The notes under the pieces are model-generated. The model made no database searches, was not told the DNA's origin, and worked only from the letters and a program-made list of their open reading frames with translations. The position numbers and the translations under genes are program-made. A DNA stretch of 64,000 bases from Paludibacteraceae bacterium. Its GTDB lineage: Bacteria; Bacteroidota; Bacteroidia; Bacteroidales; Paludibacteraceae. Location of the stretch: contig JAZSFR010000008.1 of NCBI GenBank assembly GCA_045532335.1, positions 128,643 through 192,642 of the forward strand, given 5' to 3'. Within the stretch, counting starts at the first letter, position 1, and each line of letters opens with the position of its first letter. Positions 1-9,141 of this stretch are shown here, piece by piece.

Positions 1-178
1 TATTCAAGATGCTGTAAACAACATGGGTAAACCTTGCGCTCCGTTACTGCTAAAATTCTACTGGGATCAACTATCATGGGATATTATTGCTCAGCAATTG
101 GGCTATGCCAACGCCAATAGTGCGAAAACACAAAAAAACAAATGCATGAACAAACTCAAAAATCTCTTTAAAGCATAA
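1..178 (+). CDS. ECF-type sigma-70 family RNA polymerase sigma factor, C-terminal fragment (5' end outside window)
   Basis: Frame 2 is open from the window edge to TAA at 176-178. The tail ...LSWDIIAQQLGYANANSAKTQKNKCMNKLKNLFKA resembles a sigma-70 region 4.2 helix-turn-helix. A membrane anti-sigma-like ORF starts 7 nt later. Confidence 0.6.
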   Translation, partial: IQDAVNNMGKPCAPLLLKFYWDQLSWDIIAQQLGYANANSAKTQKNKCMNKLKNLFKA

Positions 179-185
179 TATTGAT

Positions 186-869
186 ATGGCGAACAATACT
201 GATTTAATAGATAAATACCTCCGCAACGAATTGACAGAAGACGAAAAAAATCAATTCGAGAGGTTACTTTCCACCTCTTCCGAGTCATTAGGGGATAAAG
301 ACCTAGCTTCAGAAGTGGATTTACAAAAGGAAATCATCATCGCTATTCAAGCACGTGGCTTGAAAGAATGCCTACAACAGAAAGAACAGCAAATACGCTC
401 ACAACGTCTTCGTACTAAGCGTATTATTAAACTTTCTAGTTGGGGCATAAGTTCTTCGTTTGTTGCTGCTATTGTAGTATTAGCTATGATATTAACGCCT
501 ATGGCAAAAATAATGAAAACTGAAAGTAGCGAATTTGCTGCGTCTATTACTATTCCTACTACAAGAGGCGTTAACGACCAATCCGACGAGTTACAAAATC
601 AACTATTCTTCGTGTATAGTTATATTTCTCAAAATCAATTTGACCAAGCCAACGAACTCGCTCAGCAATTGATTAAGGAGATACAAATATCTCAACAAAG
701 TATCACATCTGAAGAAACACAAGATATACTTGACCAAGCACAATGGCTTCACGCAATATGCGAAATGCACAAAGGTAGAGTGTTGAAGGCTAAGAAACTT
801 TTAAAACAAATTGCCAATAGTGATAGCTATTACTCAGAACGTGCACAAGAAATATTAGATAAACTATAG
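186..869 (+). CDS. putative single-pass membrane anti-sigma factor with helical/TPR-like outside domain
   Basis: 227 aa. The N-terminus MANNTDLIDKYLRNELTEDEKNQFERLL is typical of anti-sigma N-domains. There is one TM segment (SSWGISSSFVAAIVVLAMILTP) and a helical C-terminal domain. It sits directly after the sigma gene. Confidence 0.5.
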   Translation: MANNTDLIDKYLRNELTEDEKNQFERLLSTSSESLGDKDLASEVDLQKEIIIAIQARGLKECLQQKEQQIRSQRLRTKRIIKLSSWGISSSFVAAIVVLAMILTPMAKIMKTESSEFAASITIPTTRGVNDQSDELQNQLFFVYSYISQNQFDQANELAQQLIKEIQISQQSITSEETQDILDQAQWLHAICEMHKGRVLKAKKLLKQIANSDSYYSERAQEILDKL

Positions 870-878
870 AATCTATTA

Positions 879-1730
879 ATGAACAAATTTATTTATATAT
901 TATTCGCTATTTGCTTACTCGCTACCAATGTTTGTTGGGCAACTAGACATGCCACAATAATAGGTATTGGTGATTATCCTATAGAAAATGGGTGGAAAAT
1001 AATCAATGGTGATAATGACATTCCATTGGTAAGAGAAATGCTATTGGTTAATGGATTTTTACTGGATGATATACATGAATTAAAAAATGCAGAAGCAACA
1101 GCAGATGCTATACGTCAAGAATTTGATAGACTAATAGATGTCGTGCAAAAAGAGGATGTTGTATATGTACATTTTTCTGGGCATGGTCAACAGATAACAG
1201 ATTTAAATGGAGATGAAGAAGATGGATATGATGAGGCTTGGATACCTTTTGATGCTCAACTTTCTTACACAAAGGGAGAATATGAAGGGGAAAATCATAT
1301 TTTAGATGATGAGATTCATCAATATCTACTTCGACTAAAGCAATGCGTAGGAGAGAAAGGAAAAATAATAGTAGTTGCAGACGCTTGTCATAGTGGGGAC
1401 AGTTGGCGTAGCGAAGAACAAGAAGCATTAGTCATTCGAGGTGTTGCAGATAAATTTATATTGCCATTTGAAGTACAACCATATACCAATCATGAGGAGT
1501 ATATCAATTGGATTTATATTTCAGCGTGTAAATCGTATCAATCCAACTACGAATATAATGGTGTTGGCTCGCTTACTTATGCATTACATCAACAGAAGGA
1601 AAAACTTACAGAAATAACATGCGAACAATTACTAATAGAAATTCAAACTACAATAAAAAAGATTATTATTTATACTCAAACACCAATAATAGAATCAGCA
1701 TATAATAAAACGCAGTATTTATTAAAGTAA
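879..1730 (+). CDS. caspase family (peptidase C14, metacaspase/orthocaspase-like) protein with signal peptide
   Basis: 283 aa. Hydrophobic leader MNKFIYILFAICLLATNVCWA. Catalytic-dyad motifs VYVHFSGHGQ (His codon 1182-1184) and VVADACHSG (Cys codon 1386-1388), plus DGYDEAWIPFD between them. Confidence 0.8.
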   Translation: MNKFIYILFAICLLATNVCWATRHATIIGIGDYPIENGWKIINGDNDIPLVREMLLVNGFLLDDIHELKNAEATADAIRQEFDRLIDVVQKEDVVYVHFSGHGQQITDLNGDEEDGYDEAWIPFDAQLSYTKGEYEGENHILDDEIHQYLLRLKQCVGEKGKIIVVADACHSGDSWRSEEQEALVIRGVADKFILPFEVQPYTNHEEYINWIYISACKSYQSNYEYNGVGSLTYALHQQKEKLTEITCEQLLIEIQTTIKKIIIYTQTPIIESAYNKTQYLLK

Positions 1731-1764
1731 ATTTAGGAAATAACCTTTATCATTCTTGTTGTAT

Positions 1765-4700
1765 ATGCAAAAATTATTACTCCAATTCTGCTGTCTTATT
1801 ATTTCTACTTTATCGCTAGCTCAGAATAGCGAAGCATATAAACATTCTACTATTGATGCTATTAATCGTGGTGATTATGAATCTGCGTTGAGTTATATTG
1901 ATAAAGTTGAAAATTGGCATGTAGATTATGTATGTAACATAAGTTCAGCTATGTCTTTTTTGCAATATATGGACTCAATAAACTACAAATCTTTCTCCGC
2001 AGATAGTTTGTGTATTTATATTGGTAAAGAAATTCAATCTGCTGGACATCAATATTTTCAAACAAATAAGTTCGAAGAAGCTTTACATTCTTATATGCTT
2101 CAAGCAGAATTATATAAACATCACATAGGAATCTTCCATCCAGAGTTTGCAACCTCACTACATAATATAGGAATAGTATATATACATTTAAGACATTATA
2201 AGGAAGCGGAGGAATATCTATCAATCGCATGTAAACTTCGAAAAAACATATTTGGATCAAATAACATAGATTATGCTATTTCTTTAGAAGGATTAGCAGG
2301 TGTGTACATAGAGACTAAGAATTATGATAAAGCTGAAACATATTTATTAGAGTCATTGGTAATACAAAAAAATAATACAGATATTACAACTAATTTGGAT
2401 TTTGCCAACACACTAAATACATTAGGGCATTTATATCAATCTACTAAGAACTATAAAAAAGCTAAGGAGTTTCTTTATGAAGCATTGAAGATAAGACAGG
2501 AAGTGTTAGGAACTTCAAATAATACTTATGCTATAACACTTGCTAATATTGGAATATGTTGCTACAATCTTAACGATTATAAATCCGCCGAAAAACACTT
2601 ATTAATAGCGTTAGATATATTAAGAAACAATAATGATGATGATTATACTGCTTCTACATTGAATAGTTTAGGAGTACTATATAATGATCTCGGCAGGTAT
2701 AGCACGGCTAAAAAATATTTGTTCGAAGCTTTAGAGATGCGCAAATGCATATATGGATTGGAACACTCTATTTATGCAGAGACATTACATGATATAAGTG
2801 TGTTATATTATGACAATGGAGATTATCAAAGTGCCAAGGCATATGCGGTTCAAGCAATGAAGATACGTAAGAATACTTTAGGTACATCACATCCTGACTA
2901 TGTAACATCTTTACAAGGCTTAGCGCATACATATAGTTCTTTAGGTGATTATCCGACTGCTATAAAATATTATACGGAAGCATTAAATATCCAGAATACT
3001 ATATTCGGAAAAATTAATCGAAATTATGCATCGTCGCTAAACGGATTAGGAATCTGTTATTTTTATATGGAAAATTTCAATATTGCAGAACAATATTTAT
3101 TGGAAGGATTAAGGATTCGTAGAAATATATTACCAATATCTCATGTTGAACACATATTATCTCTAAATAATTTAGGTTTATTCTACAACGCCATCGGTAA
3201 TTATCAAGAGGCTGAAAACTATTTATTGGAAGCATTAAGGATTCAAGAAAGTTCAGAAGATGTGCGAGATATAGATTTCTCTAATACATTAAATTCTTTA
3301 GGAGCATTTTACACTAGTATTGGTGATTACAAAATAGCTATAAAATATTTTTCAACGGCTCTAAAGATACTAGAAAGAACAGAAAATAGTTTTGATAAAA
3401 TAGCAACATTAAATAACCTTGGGGCTATATACAATGAATTACAGAATTATTCTATATCAGAAAAATACTTACTACGAGCTCTTGATATTTTTAAAAGAAA
3501 TGAAATACTCACGCCAGACTATACAACTTTACTAAATAACATAGGGCGTCTCTATATGGATATGGCAATATACAATGAGGCTCGAACCTATCTACATGAA
3601 GCGTTAGAATTTCACGGACAGCAATTTGGTACTTCTAATCTTACTTGTGCTACTATACGAAATAACTTAGGGATGTTGTATGATATAATAGGGGAAAAAT
3701 ATGATGCTAAAATACATTTTGCAAAAGCATTAGATATTCGCAAATCAATCTTAGGAGTCACTCACCCTGATTATGCAAGTTCTTTAAATAATATAGGATG
3801 CTATTATGCATTTCATGGTAATTACGATGTCGCTGAAGCTTATTTTACTGATGCATCAAAAATTTCCAAAAAATACTTTACTCACTCGCTAAACTACCTG
3901 ACGGAGAAACAAAGAAAATTGTATTGGGAAACAGAACAATCCCGTTTTAACAATATCTATCCTATATATGTATACAAATACCACTTCTCCCAACCCTCTA
4001 TCTCCACCTTCGCTTATGATAATGAACTATTCCGCAAAGGTTTACTACTATCCTCTTCTAACATCATTCGTCAATCAATATTAGAGAGTAATGACAGCAT
4101 ACTAATAGAACAATGGAATGAATTAGTAGGGATAAAACAAGTTATTATGAATTTGGAAGAAAAAGATCCCACTTCTACTAATTTGGTTCATTATAAAAAT
4201 CAAGCAGATTCGTTAGAGAAAATTGTCACGAAATCAAGTGCGATATTTAGAGAAACTAAGCAACAACAATCTATAACATGGGATAGTATTCAGCAATACC
4301 TTAACCCCGATGAAGTAGCTATTGAATATTTTATTGCACCACTAAATGAAGATAGTACGATGTATTGCGCTCTGCTACTTCGGCACGATAGCCAGTATCC
4401 TGAGTTAATCCCTCTCTGTGAAGAAAAAGAGATTGTGAATTGTCTATCACAAAATCGCACGAATGATATATATACTTTCGATACTAATTCTAAAACAATT
4501 TTTAATCTTATTTGGGATAAAATACTTCCACAAATCCATGAAGGAGAAACGATTTATTTCTCACCAGCAGGATTGCTACATCAAATAGCGATAGAGAATA
4601 TCCCTTATAATCAAACGCACACTATGTCTGATGTATATACAATGGTGCGTTTATCCTCAACACGAGAAATTGTGAAGAAGGACAAAAGCATCAAACATCA

Positions 4701-5517
4701 CACAGCAACTATTTATGGCGGCATATTCTATGATGTAGATAAAACTTCATTGCTTGCAGAAAGTCGGAATTATGACACGGAAGATATGTTTGCCTACCGC
4801 AGCATATCATCCACACTCCCCAATCGAGGTTCCGTATTATATCTGCCAGGAACTAAACAGGAAGCAGAATCAATTCACTCGCTTTTGACTAGCAATAACA
4901 TCACATCAACATTATATACTGCATCTAAAGCAAATGAGGAGTCGTTTAAGTCGCTTAGCGGTAAACATCGCAATATTCTTCATATTGGCACTCATGGTTT
5001 CTATTGGGAAGATAGTACTGCTCGAAAACAAGATTATTTTTCTCAACGCATACAACTGCAAATGTTAGGAGATAACCAATTGCAAAAACCAAGCATAGAC
5101 CCATTGACTCGTTGTGGTTTATTATTTGCAGGTAGTAATATTGCCTTGTCTGGTCATTCTAATGATTTGCCAGAAGGTGTGCAAGATGGTATATTGACTG
5201 CCAAAGAAATATCTTTAATGGATTTACGTGATGCAGACCTTGTTGTACTCTCGGCTTGCGAAACAGCTAAAGGTGATATCACCTCAGAAGGAATCTTTGG
5301 TTTACAGCGTGCCTTCAAGATGGCTGGTGTACAAACAATCATCATGAGTCTATGGAAGGTCAACGACCAAGCAACCCAAATGCTGATGACTGAATTTTAT
5401 ACCAATTGGATTAGTAAGAATCAATCGAAGCGTGAAGCCTTCAAGAATGCTCAAAATACAGTTCGAGCAAAATTTGAAGAACCAGAATATTGGGCTGGAT
5501 TCATATTATTAGATTAA
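1765..5517 (+). CDS. TPR-repeat / CHAT-domain protease-like protein with signal peptide
   Basis: ATG at 1765 (the track ORF starts at TTG 1756). Leader MQKLLLQFCCLIISTLSLAQN. More than 12 repeats of a 42-aa kinesin-light-chain-type TPR (A.SLN.LG.LY...G.Y..A..Y..AL.I). C-terminal CHAT motifs ILHIGTHG (His codon 4993-4995) and VVLSACETAKG (Cys codon 5257-5259). Confidence 0.85.
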   Translation: MQKLLLQFCCLIISTLSLAQNSEAYKHSTIDAINRGDYESALSYIDKVENWHVDYVCNISSAMSFLQYMDSINYKSFSADSLCIYIGKEIQSAGHQYFQTNKFEEALHSYMLQAELYKHHIGIFHPEFATSLHNIGIVYIHLRHYKEAEEYLSIACKLRKNIFGSNNIDYAISLEGLAGVYIETKNYDKAETYLLESLVIQKNNTDITTNLDFANTLNTLGHLYQSTKNYKKAKEFLYEALKIRQEVLGTSNNTYAITLANIGICCYNLNDYKSAEKHLLIALDILRNNNDDDYTASTLNSLGVLYNDLGRYSTAKKYLFEALEMRKCIYGLEHSIYAETLHDISVLYYDNGDYQSAKAYAVQAMKIRKNTLGTSHPDYVTSLQGLAHTYSSLGDYPTAIKYYTEALNIQNTIFGKINRNYASSLNGLGICYFYMENFNIAEQYLLEGLRIRRNILPISHVEHILSLNNLGLFYNAIGNYQEAENYLLEALRIQESSEDVRDIDFSNTLNSLGAFYTSIGDYKIAIKYFSTALKILERTENSFDKIATLNNLGAIYNELQNYSISEKYLLRALDIFKRNEILTPDYTTLLNNIGRLYMDMAIYNEARTYLHEALEFHGQQFGTSNLTCATIRNNLGMLYDIIGEKYDAKIHFAKALDIRKSILGVTHPDYASSLNNIGCYYAFHGNYDVAEAYFTDASKISKKYFTHSLNYLTEKQRKLYWETEQSRFNNIYPIYVYKYHFSQPSISTFAYDNELFRKGLLLSSSNIIRQSILESNDSILIEQWNELVGIKQVIMNLEEKDPTSTNLVHYKNQADSLEKIVTKSSAIFRETKQQQSITWDSIQQYLNPDEVAIEYFIAPLNEDSTMYCALLLRHDSQYPELIPLCEEKEIVNCLSQNRTNDIYTFDTNSKTIFNLIWDKILPQIHEGETIYFSPAGLLHQIAIENIPYNQTHTMSDVYTMVRLSSTREIVKKDKSIKHHTATIYGGIFYDVDKTSLLAESRNYDTEDMFAYRSISSTLPNRGSVLYLPGTKQEAESIHSLLTSNNITSTLYTASKANEESFKSLSGKHRNILHIGTHGFYWEDSTARKQDYFSQRIQLQMLGDNQLQKPSIDPLTRCGLLFAGSNIALSGHSNDLPEGVQDGILTAKEISLMDLRDADLVVLSACETAKGDITSEGIFGLQRAFKMAGVQTIIMSLWKVNDQATQMLMTEFYTNWISKNQSKREAFKNAQNTVRAKFEEPEYWAGFILLD

Positions 5518-5550
5518 CATTTTTATCGTAATAACACATGATACATTCTG

Positions 5551-5579
5551 AGATGGCAATTTTTTGCCATCTTTTTTTT
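5551..5579 (+). terminator. intrinsic terminator after TPR-CHAT gene
   Basis: Stem AGATGGCA / TGCCATCT, 6-nt loop, T8 run. Confidence 0.8.
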
Positions 5580-5679
5580 GCATAAAGGTTACTTTTCATA
5601 AAGTTATGTCATATATCAACAAAATCACAAAAAAGTGTGGTAAAAAGATATAATATTAACTTCTAAACCCCCAATTCTT

Positions 5680-6315
5680 ATGAAAACTGATTTAAATCAA
5701 GCAATCTTCATGGTGAAGAAGATGATCAAACAAATTAACACCAACGCTATTGACAAGGAAAAAAGTTGTCAACAACTAAATGCTATTGTTGAATTTGCAC
5801 AACAAGAGAATATGCTGCAAGCAGCCCAAACAGCACAGAAATGTTTAATTAAATTCAAATATACCACCTATCCTAAATCATTGCTAACTAGTCTATATAA
5901 ATTAAACGCTCTATTGTGTGCGAGAAAGAAGAAAATACGCATGATGGCGTATCGTGAAGCCAAAGCAAGAGCAAGTTTTTTCTTCGGGATAAAAAATATA
6001 AAAGATAAACATGATTTATCACTATACGATGTCGTTCGAATTCCCACGCAAGGAGGTATGCATTACTCAGTCATCACAAATATCAAGCGCAAGCAAGTTG
6101 TAGAATGTTATCCGATTACTTCTACTAACCAACAGCGATTATCTTTGGTAGGATGTGATTACTATCCACTGCAATCTACTTCCGAGAACGGCGAGCAACT
6201 ATTCCTTACATCATCACGCATACAAATACCATATGATGCTGCGGCTAAAAGTTTCATCCGAAAGTATGACAATCCTGCGGAAATAAAACTCGCTTTGACT
6301 GCTTTTGCTAATTAA
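5680..6315 (+). CDS. hypothetical protein; C-terminal half resembles a MazF/PemK-fold toxin domain
   Basis: 211 aa with a helical N-terminal ~100 aa. The C-terminal segment LYDVVRIPTQGGMHYSVITN...VVECYPITSTNQQ...LFLTSSRIQIPYDA...PAEIKLALTAF parallels the MazF layout (GDIvwVdf / RPavVls / vvPiTs / dQirtid / C-terminal helix). This is by-eye similarity only. Confidence 0.45.
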   Translation: MKTDLNQAIFMVKKMIKQINTNAIDKEKSCQQLNAIVEFAQQENMLQAAQTAQKCLIKFKYTTYPKSLLTSLYKLNALLCARKKKIRMMAYREAKARASFFFGIKNIKDKHDLSLYDVVRIPTQGGMHYSVITNIKRKQVVECYPITSTNQQRLSLVGCDYYPLQSTSENGEQLFLTSSRIQIPYDAAAKSFIRKYDNPAEIKLALTAFAN

Positions 6316-8411
6316 TGTATAACCTTAGAAAAAAAACAATTATTATGGATACAACATTCACTTTCGACAAAACAAACAAGGAACAATGCCTTGCATTAGA
6401 TTTAGTGCAAAACACCAACATCAGTTTCTTTCTTACTGGTTGCGCAGGCACAGGTAAAACCACATTCTTGCAATACATTCAGCAGAATGTAAAAAAACAA
6501 TTTGTATTGGTTGCACCCACAGGTATTGCTGCGCTTGTAGCAGGTGGCACAACTATACATTCATTCTTTGGTATGCCATGGGAACCTATCACGTCAAAAA
6601 CAACATTAGATGATTTTTCTTTGAATGATTCTAAATGGGAAACTTTACGAGCAGTAGATACCATTATTATTGATGAAGTTTCAATGGTTAGGTGTGATAT
6701 GATTGATGGTATTGATAAGGTGCTACGAGCAGCTACACTATCTTCACTTCCTTTTGGCGGAAAACAAATCATCTTTTCTGGCGACTTGTATCAGTTGGAT
6801 CCCGTTTATCAAACAAACGACGAGGGGTTGGTTAATTTCTATCAAGAAGAATACCATACATACAAACCCTATTTCTTTTATGCTCATGTATTCCAACAGA
6901 TGAAATTGTTCCGCATTGAATTGCAAAAAGTGTATCGCCAAAAGGATGCTCAATTCTTATCAATACTAAAACATATTAGGCAATGTGAATATATTAGAAA
7001 TGATATAGAGCTTCTCAATACTACAGGTTTAGCAAATGACACAGTTAATCAAATGTTAGATAAAGACGAACAACTTACCTTGAGCGCCTATAGAGCAACA
7101 GTGGATGCTATCAATGAAAAAAAGTTGCAAGAATTACCAGAACCAAGTTACACCTATACTGGACAGATAGAAGGAAAATTCAACAAAAACAATTTCCCTG
7201 CCCCCATGGAATTAACATTAAAAATAGGTGCTCGCGTTATGTTTGTAAAAAATGACTCTAACCATCTTTGGGTAAATGGCACATTGGGAACAGTAGAAAA
7301 TTTATCTGAAGAAGATATCGAAGTAGTATTGGACAATGGTTTGTTAGTAAATGTAGATCGTGAGCGTTGGGATGCAATAGAATACGAATATGACAAAGAA
7401 ACAGGTGTGTTAGATAAAGTAGTGGTTGGCTCATATTCGCAATATCCATTAACTTTAGCTTGGGCAATCACCATCCATAAAAGTCAAGGTATGACCTTTG
7501 ATAAAGTGACTATTGATTTAGAGCGTGGAATCTTTGCTGCTGGACAATTGTATGTTGCACTGAGTCGTGTAACTTCACTTAAAGGTATGGCATTAAATGC
7601 AATCATTAAACCATCGTATATAAAGCCCAAAAAGGAGGTGGAACAATTTATGCAACAAAATAGACTTCTGCATGATATTGAGAATGCAATTGTTCAAAAC
7701 GAAGAATATTACAAAGCTTTTAGAAAACAAGATTATGATGTGGCTATGAAAGAAATAAATCGTCAATTTGCTTCCGCCATAGAAGCACACGATATGGATT
7801 TTGCTAATATTCTTGCAACACACCTAATGGATAACACCTATAATCCTGAAGAATTCTTAGCTGATAGTCTGCCTCAATCAGTTATGATAGAAAAAGGCAT
7901 GCGCAACATGTTGACAAACGCAATCATTAGTGCTAAAAATGCACAGTATGATGAAGCGTTAAATTATATCAGACGAGGTCTCGTTCTTCTGCCATCTACA
8001 CATCTCTACTATCTAAAAAGTATAATATTGTTTGAACTAAAAAGGTTTGAAGAAGCGAAACAATTACATATGGAATGGAAACAATATTTGAAAAAACATT
8101 ACGATGAAGTCAATACGACTTATCTTCTATGTGTTGCCCGAACTAATTTTGAGTTAGGTTTACCTTACATCAAAGAAATGCAAAGAATAATACGACGCAA
8201 CAAGAGTTATTATCCATTTATTCTTCGTCTTCGCAAGATGATGTTACATGACTATGATTATTTGGAAGAAGATAATGTATTGGCTCAAGCGTTTAATTCT
8301 TCTGATAGTGATTTTGAAGAACTTCTACGCAATAGTTCTCCAGATGACTATGAAAAATTAATTGAAGCGATATTGAAGCTTCCTATCAAAAGCGAATCTA
8401 CTTCAAAATAA
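6315..8411 (+). CDS. Pif1/RecD-family (SF1B) DNA helicase with C-terminal TPR-like helical extension
   Basis: Walker A GCAGTGKTT (6438-6464), DEVSM Walker B, Pif1-type GIDKVLRAA...PFGGKQIIFSGDLYQLDPV, and UvrD_C-like ITIHKSQGMTFDKV...LYVALSRV. About 240 aa of helical repeats follow. The start is either ATG 6315 (overlaps the upstream stop as TAATG) or ATG 6345. Confidence 0.8.
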   Translation: MYNLRKKTIIMDTTFTFDKTNKEQCLALDLVQNTNISFFLTGCAGTGKTTFLQYIQQNVKKQFVLVAPTGIAALVAGGTTIHSFFGMPWEPITSKTTLDDFSLNDSKWETLRAVDTIIIDEVSMVRCDMIDGIDKVLRAATLSSLPFGGKQIIFSGDLYQLDPVYQTNDEGLVNFYQEEYHTYKPYFFYAHVFQQMKLFRIELQKVYRQKDAQFLSILKHIRQCEYIRNDIELLNTTGLANDTVNQMLDKDEQLTLSAYRATVDAINEKKLQELPEPSYTYTGQIEGKFNKNNFPAPMELTLKIGARVMFVKNDSNHLWVNGTLGTVENLSEEDIEVVLDNGLLVNVDRERWDAIEYEYDKETGVLDKVVVGSYSQYPLTLAWAITIHKSQGMTFDKVTIDLERGIFAAGQLYVALSRVTSLKGMALNAIIKPSYIKPKKEVEQFMQQNRLLHDIENAIVQNEEYYKAFRKQDYDVAMKEINRQFASAIEAHDMDFANILATHLMDNTYNPEEFLADSLPQSVMIEKGMRNMLTNAIISAKNAQYDEALNYIRRGLVLLPSTHLYYLKSIILFELKRFEEAKQLHMEWKQYLKKHYDEVNTTYLLCVARTNFELGLPYIKEMQRIIRRNKSYYPFILRLRKMMLHDYDYLEEDNVLAQAFNSSDSDFEELLRNSSPDDYEKLIEAILKLPIKSESTSK

Positions 8412-8437
8412 ATAACCAGCTAAAAATCCTCCTAACA

Positions 8438-8926
8438 ATGAAAAAACTAATCATTCTTGCTTTATTAGCGTTTGCACTTTTTACTTCATGCCAGCAACGC
8501 CCACAAGTGTTTGGCGTTTATATTGACGGTACTTTTGAACAGTTCTTAAAAGATTTGGATAAAGAGCCATGGAAATATCCAATCAACATTGACACGATTC
8601 AGCATCTTTCTAAAAGTGAAATTTCAATAAAAGCCTATTCTACAGAGGTAATTGATCTAAATGAAGATAGTGTAAAAGTCGATTCTATCTATATCGATAT
8701 TGAATTAGAAAAAGAAAAAATCAAACAATTCTCTTACACTCTTGATATGTCGGAAACTGATTTTAAAGCCATCCAGCATGCATACGAACGCATATATGGG
8801 AGTGTAAGATACCATGATATTACTGAATATGGTAACTATTGTTCTTGGATGATAGGAAAAACATCTTTATGGCTTAGTTACGATTTTGCTGAACAACAAA
8901 CAAAATATGAATACTTTATTAACTGA
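8438..8926 (+). CDS. hypothetical lipoprotein
   Basis: 162 aa. Signal peptide plus lipobox MKKLIILALLAFALFTSC. It starts 26 nt after the helicase stop. Confidence 0.6.
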   Translation: MKKLIILALLAFALFTSCQQRPQVFGVYIDGTFEQFLKDLDKEPWKYPINIDTIQHLSKSEISIKAYSTEVIDLNEDSVKVDSIYIDIELEKEKIKQFSYTLDMSETDFKAIQHAYERIYGSVRYHDITEYGNYCSWMIGKTSLWLSYDFAEQQTKYEYFIN

Positions 8927-9028
8927 TATAGTTCGCGTAATGTAATAAACATATACATGAGATAATACCTTCGGCACTCGAAATTTTTTTCACAAAAAAC
9001 AATCACGCGGGAATATTCGTAAAACGAC

Positions 9029-9088
9029 ATGTGGCGGAAGTGGCGGAATGGCGGAAAGTTTCCGCCACAAGCGCCACTTCCGCCATCT
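9029..9088. repeat. nested imperfect palindrome built from GTGGCGGAA words
   Basis: GTGGCGGAAGTGGCGGAATGGCGGAAAGTTTCCGCCACAAGCGCCACTTCCGCCAT. Inner pairing GGCGGAAA / TTTCCGCC, outer pairing TGGCGGAAGTGGCG / CGCCACTTCCGCCA. Confidence 0.8.
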
Positions 9089-9141
9089 GCGTAATTAAGA
9101 ACGGAGTATTGATTTTCAGGGAGATGGGATGTTGGAAGCAA

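Noticed and set aside
879-5517. Reading the caspase/TPR-CHAT pair as a type III-E CRISPR Craspase or a bacterial gasdermin system.
   Set aside because: No cas7-11 or other cas genes and no repeat array are present. The only small ORF in the operon (186-869) is helical with a TM segment and is unlike a beta-rich gasdermin. Both proteases appear to be exported.
8878-9141. An 87-aa minus-strand ORF across the palindrome region.
   Set aside because: Its sequence (GGSGACGGNFPPFRHFRH...) is just the translated GTGGCGGAA word repeats. It has no start context or promoter and overlaps the end of the lipoprotein gene.
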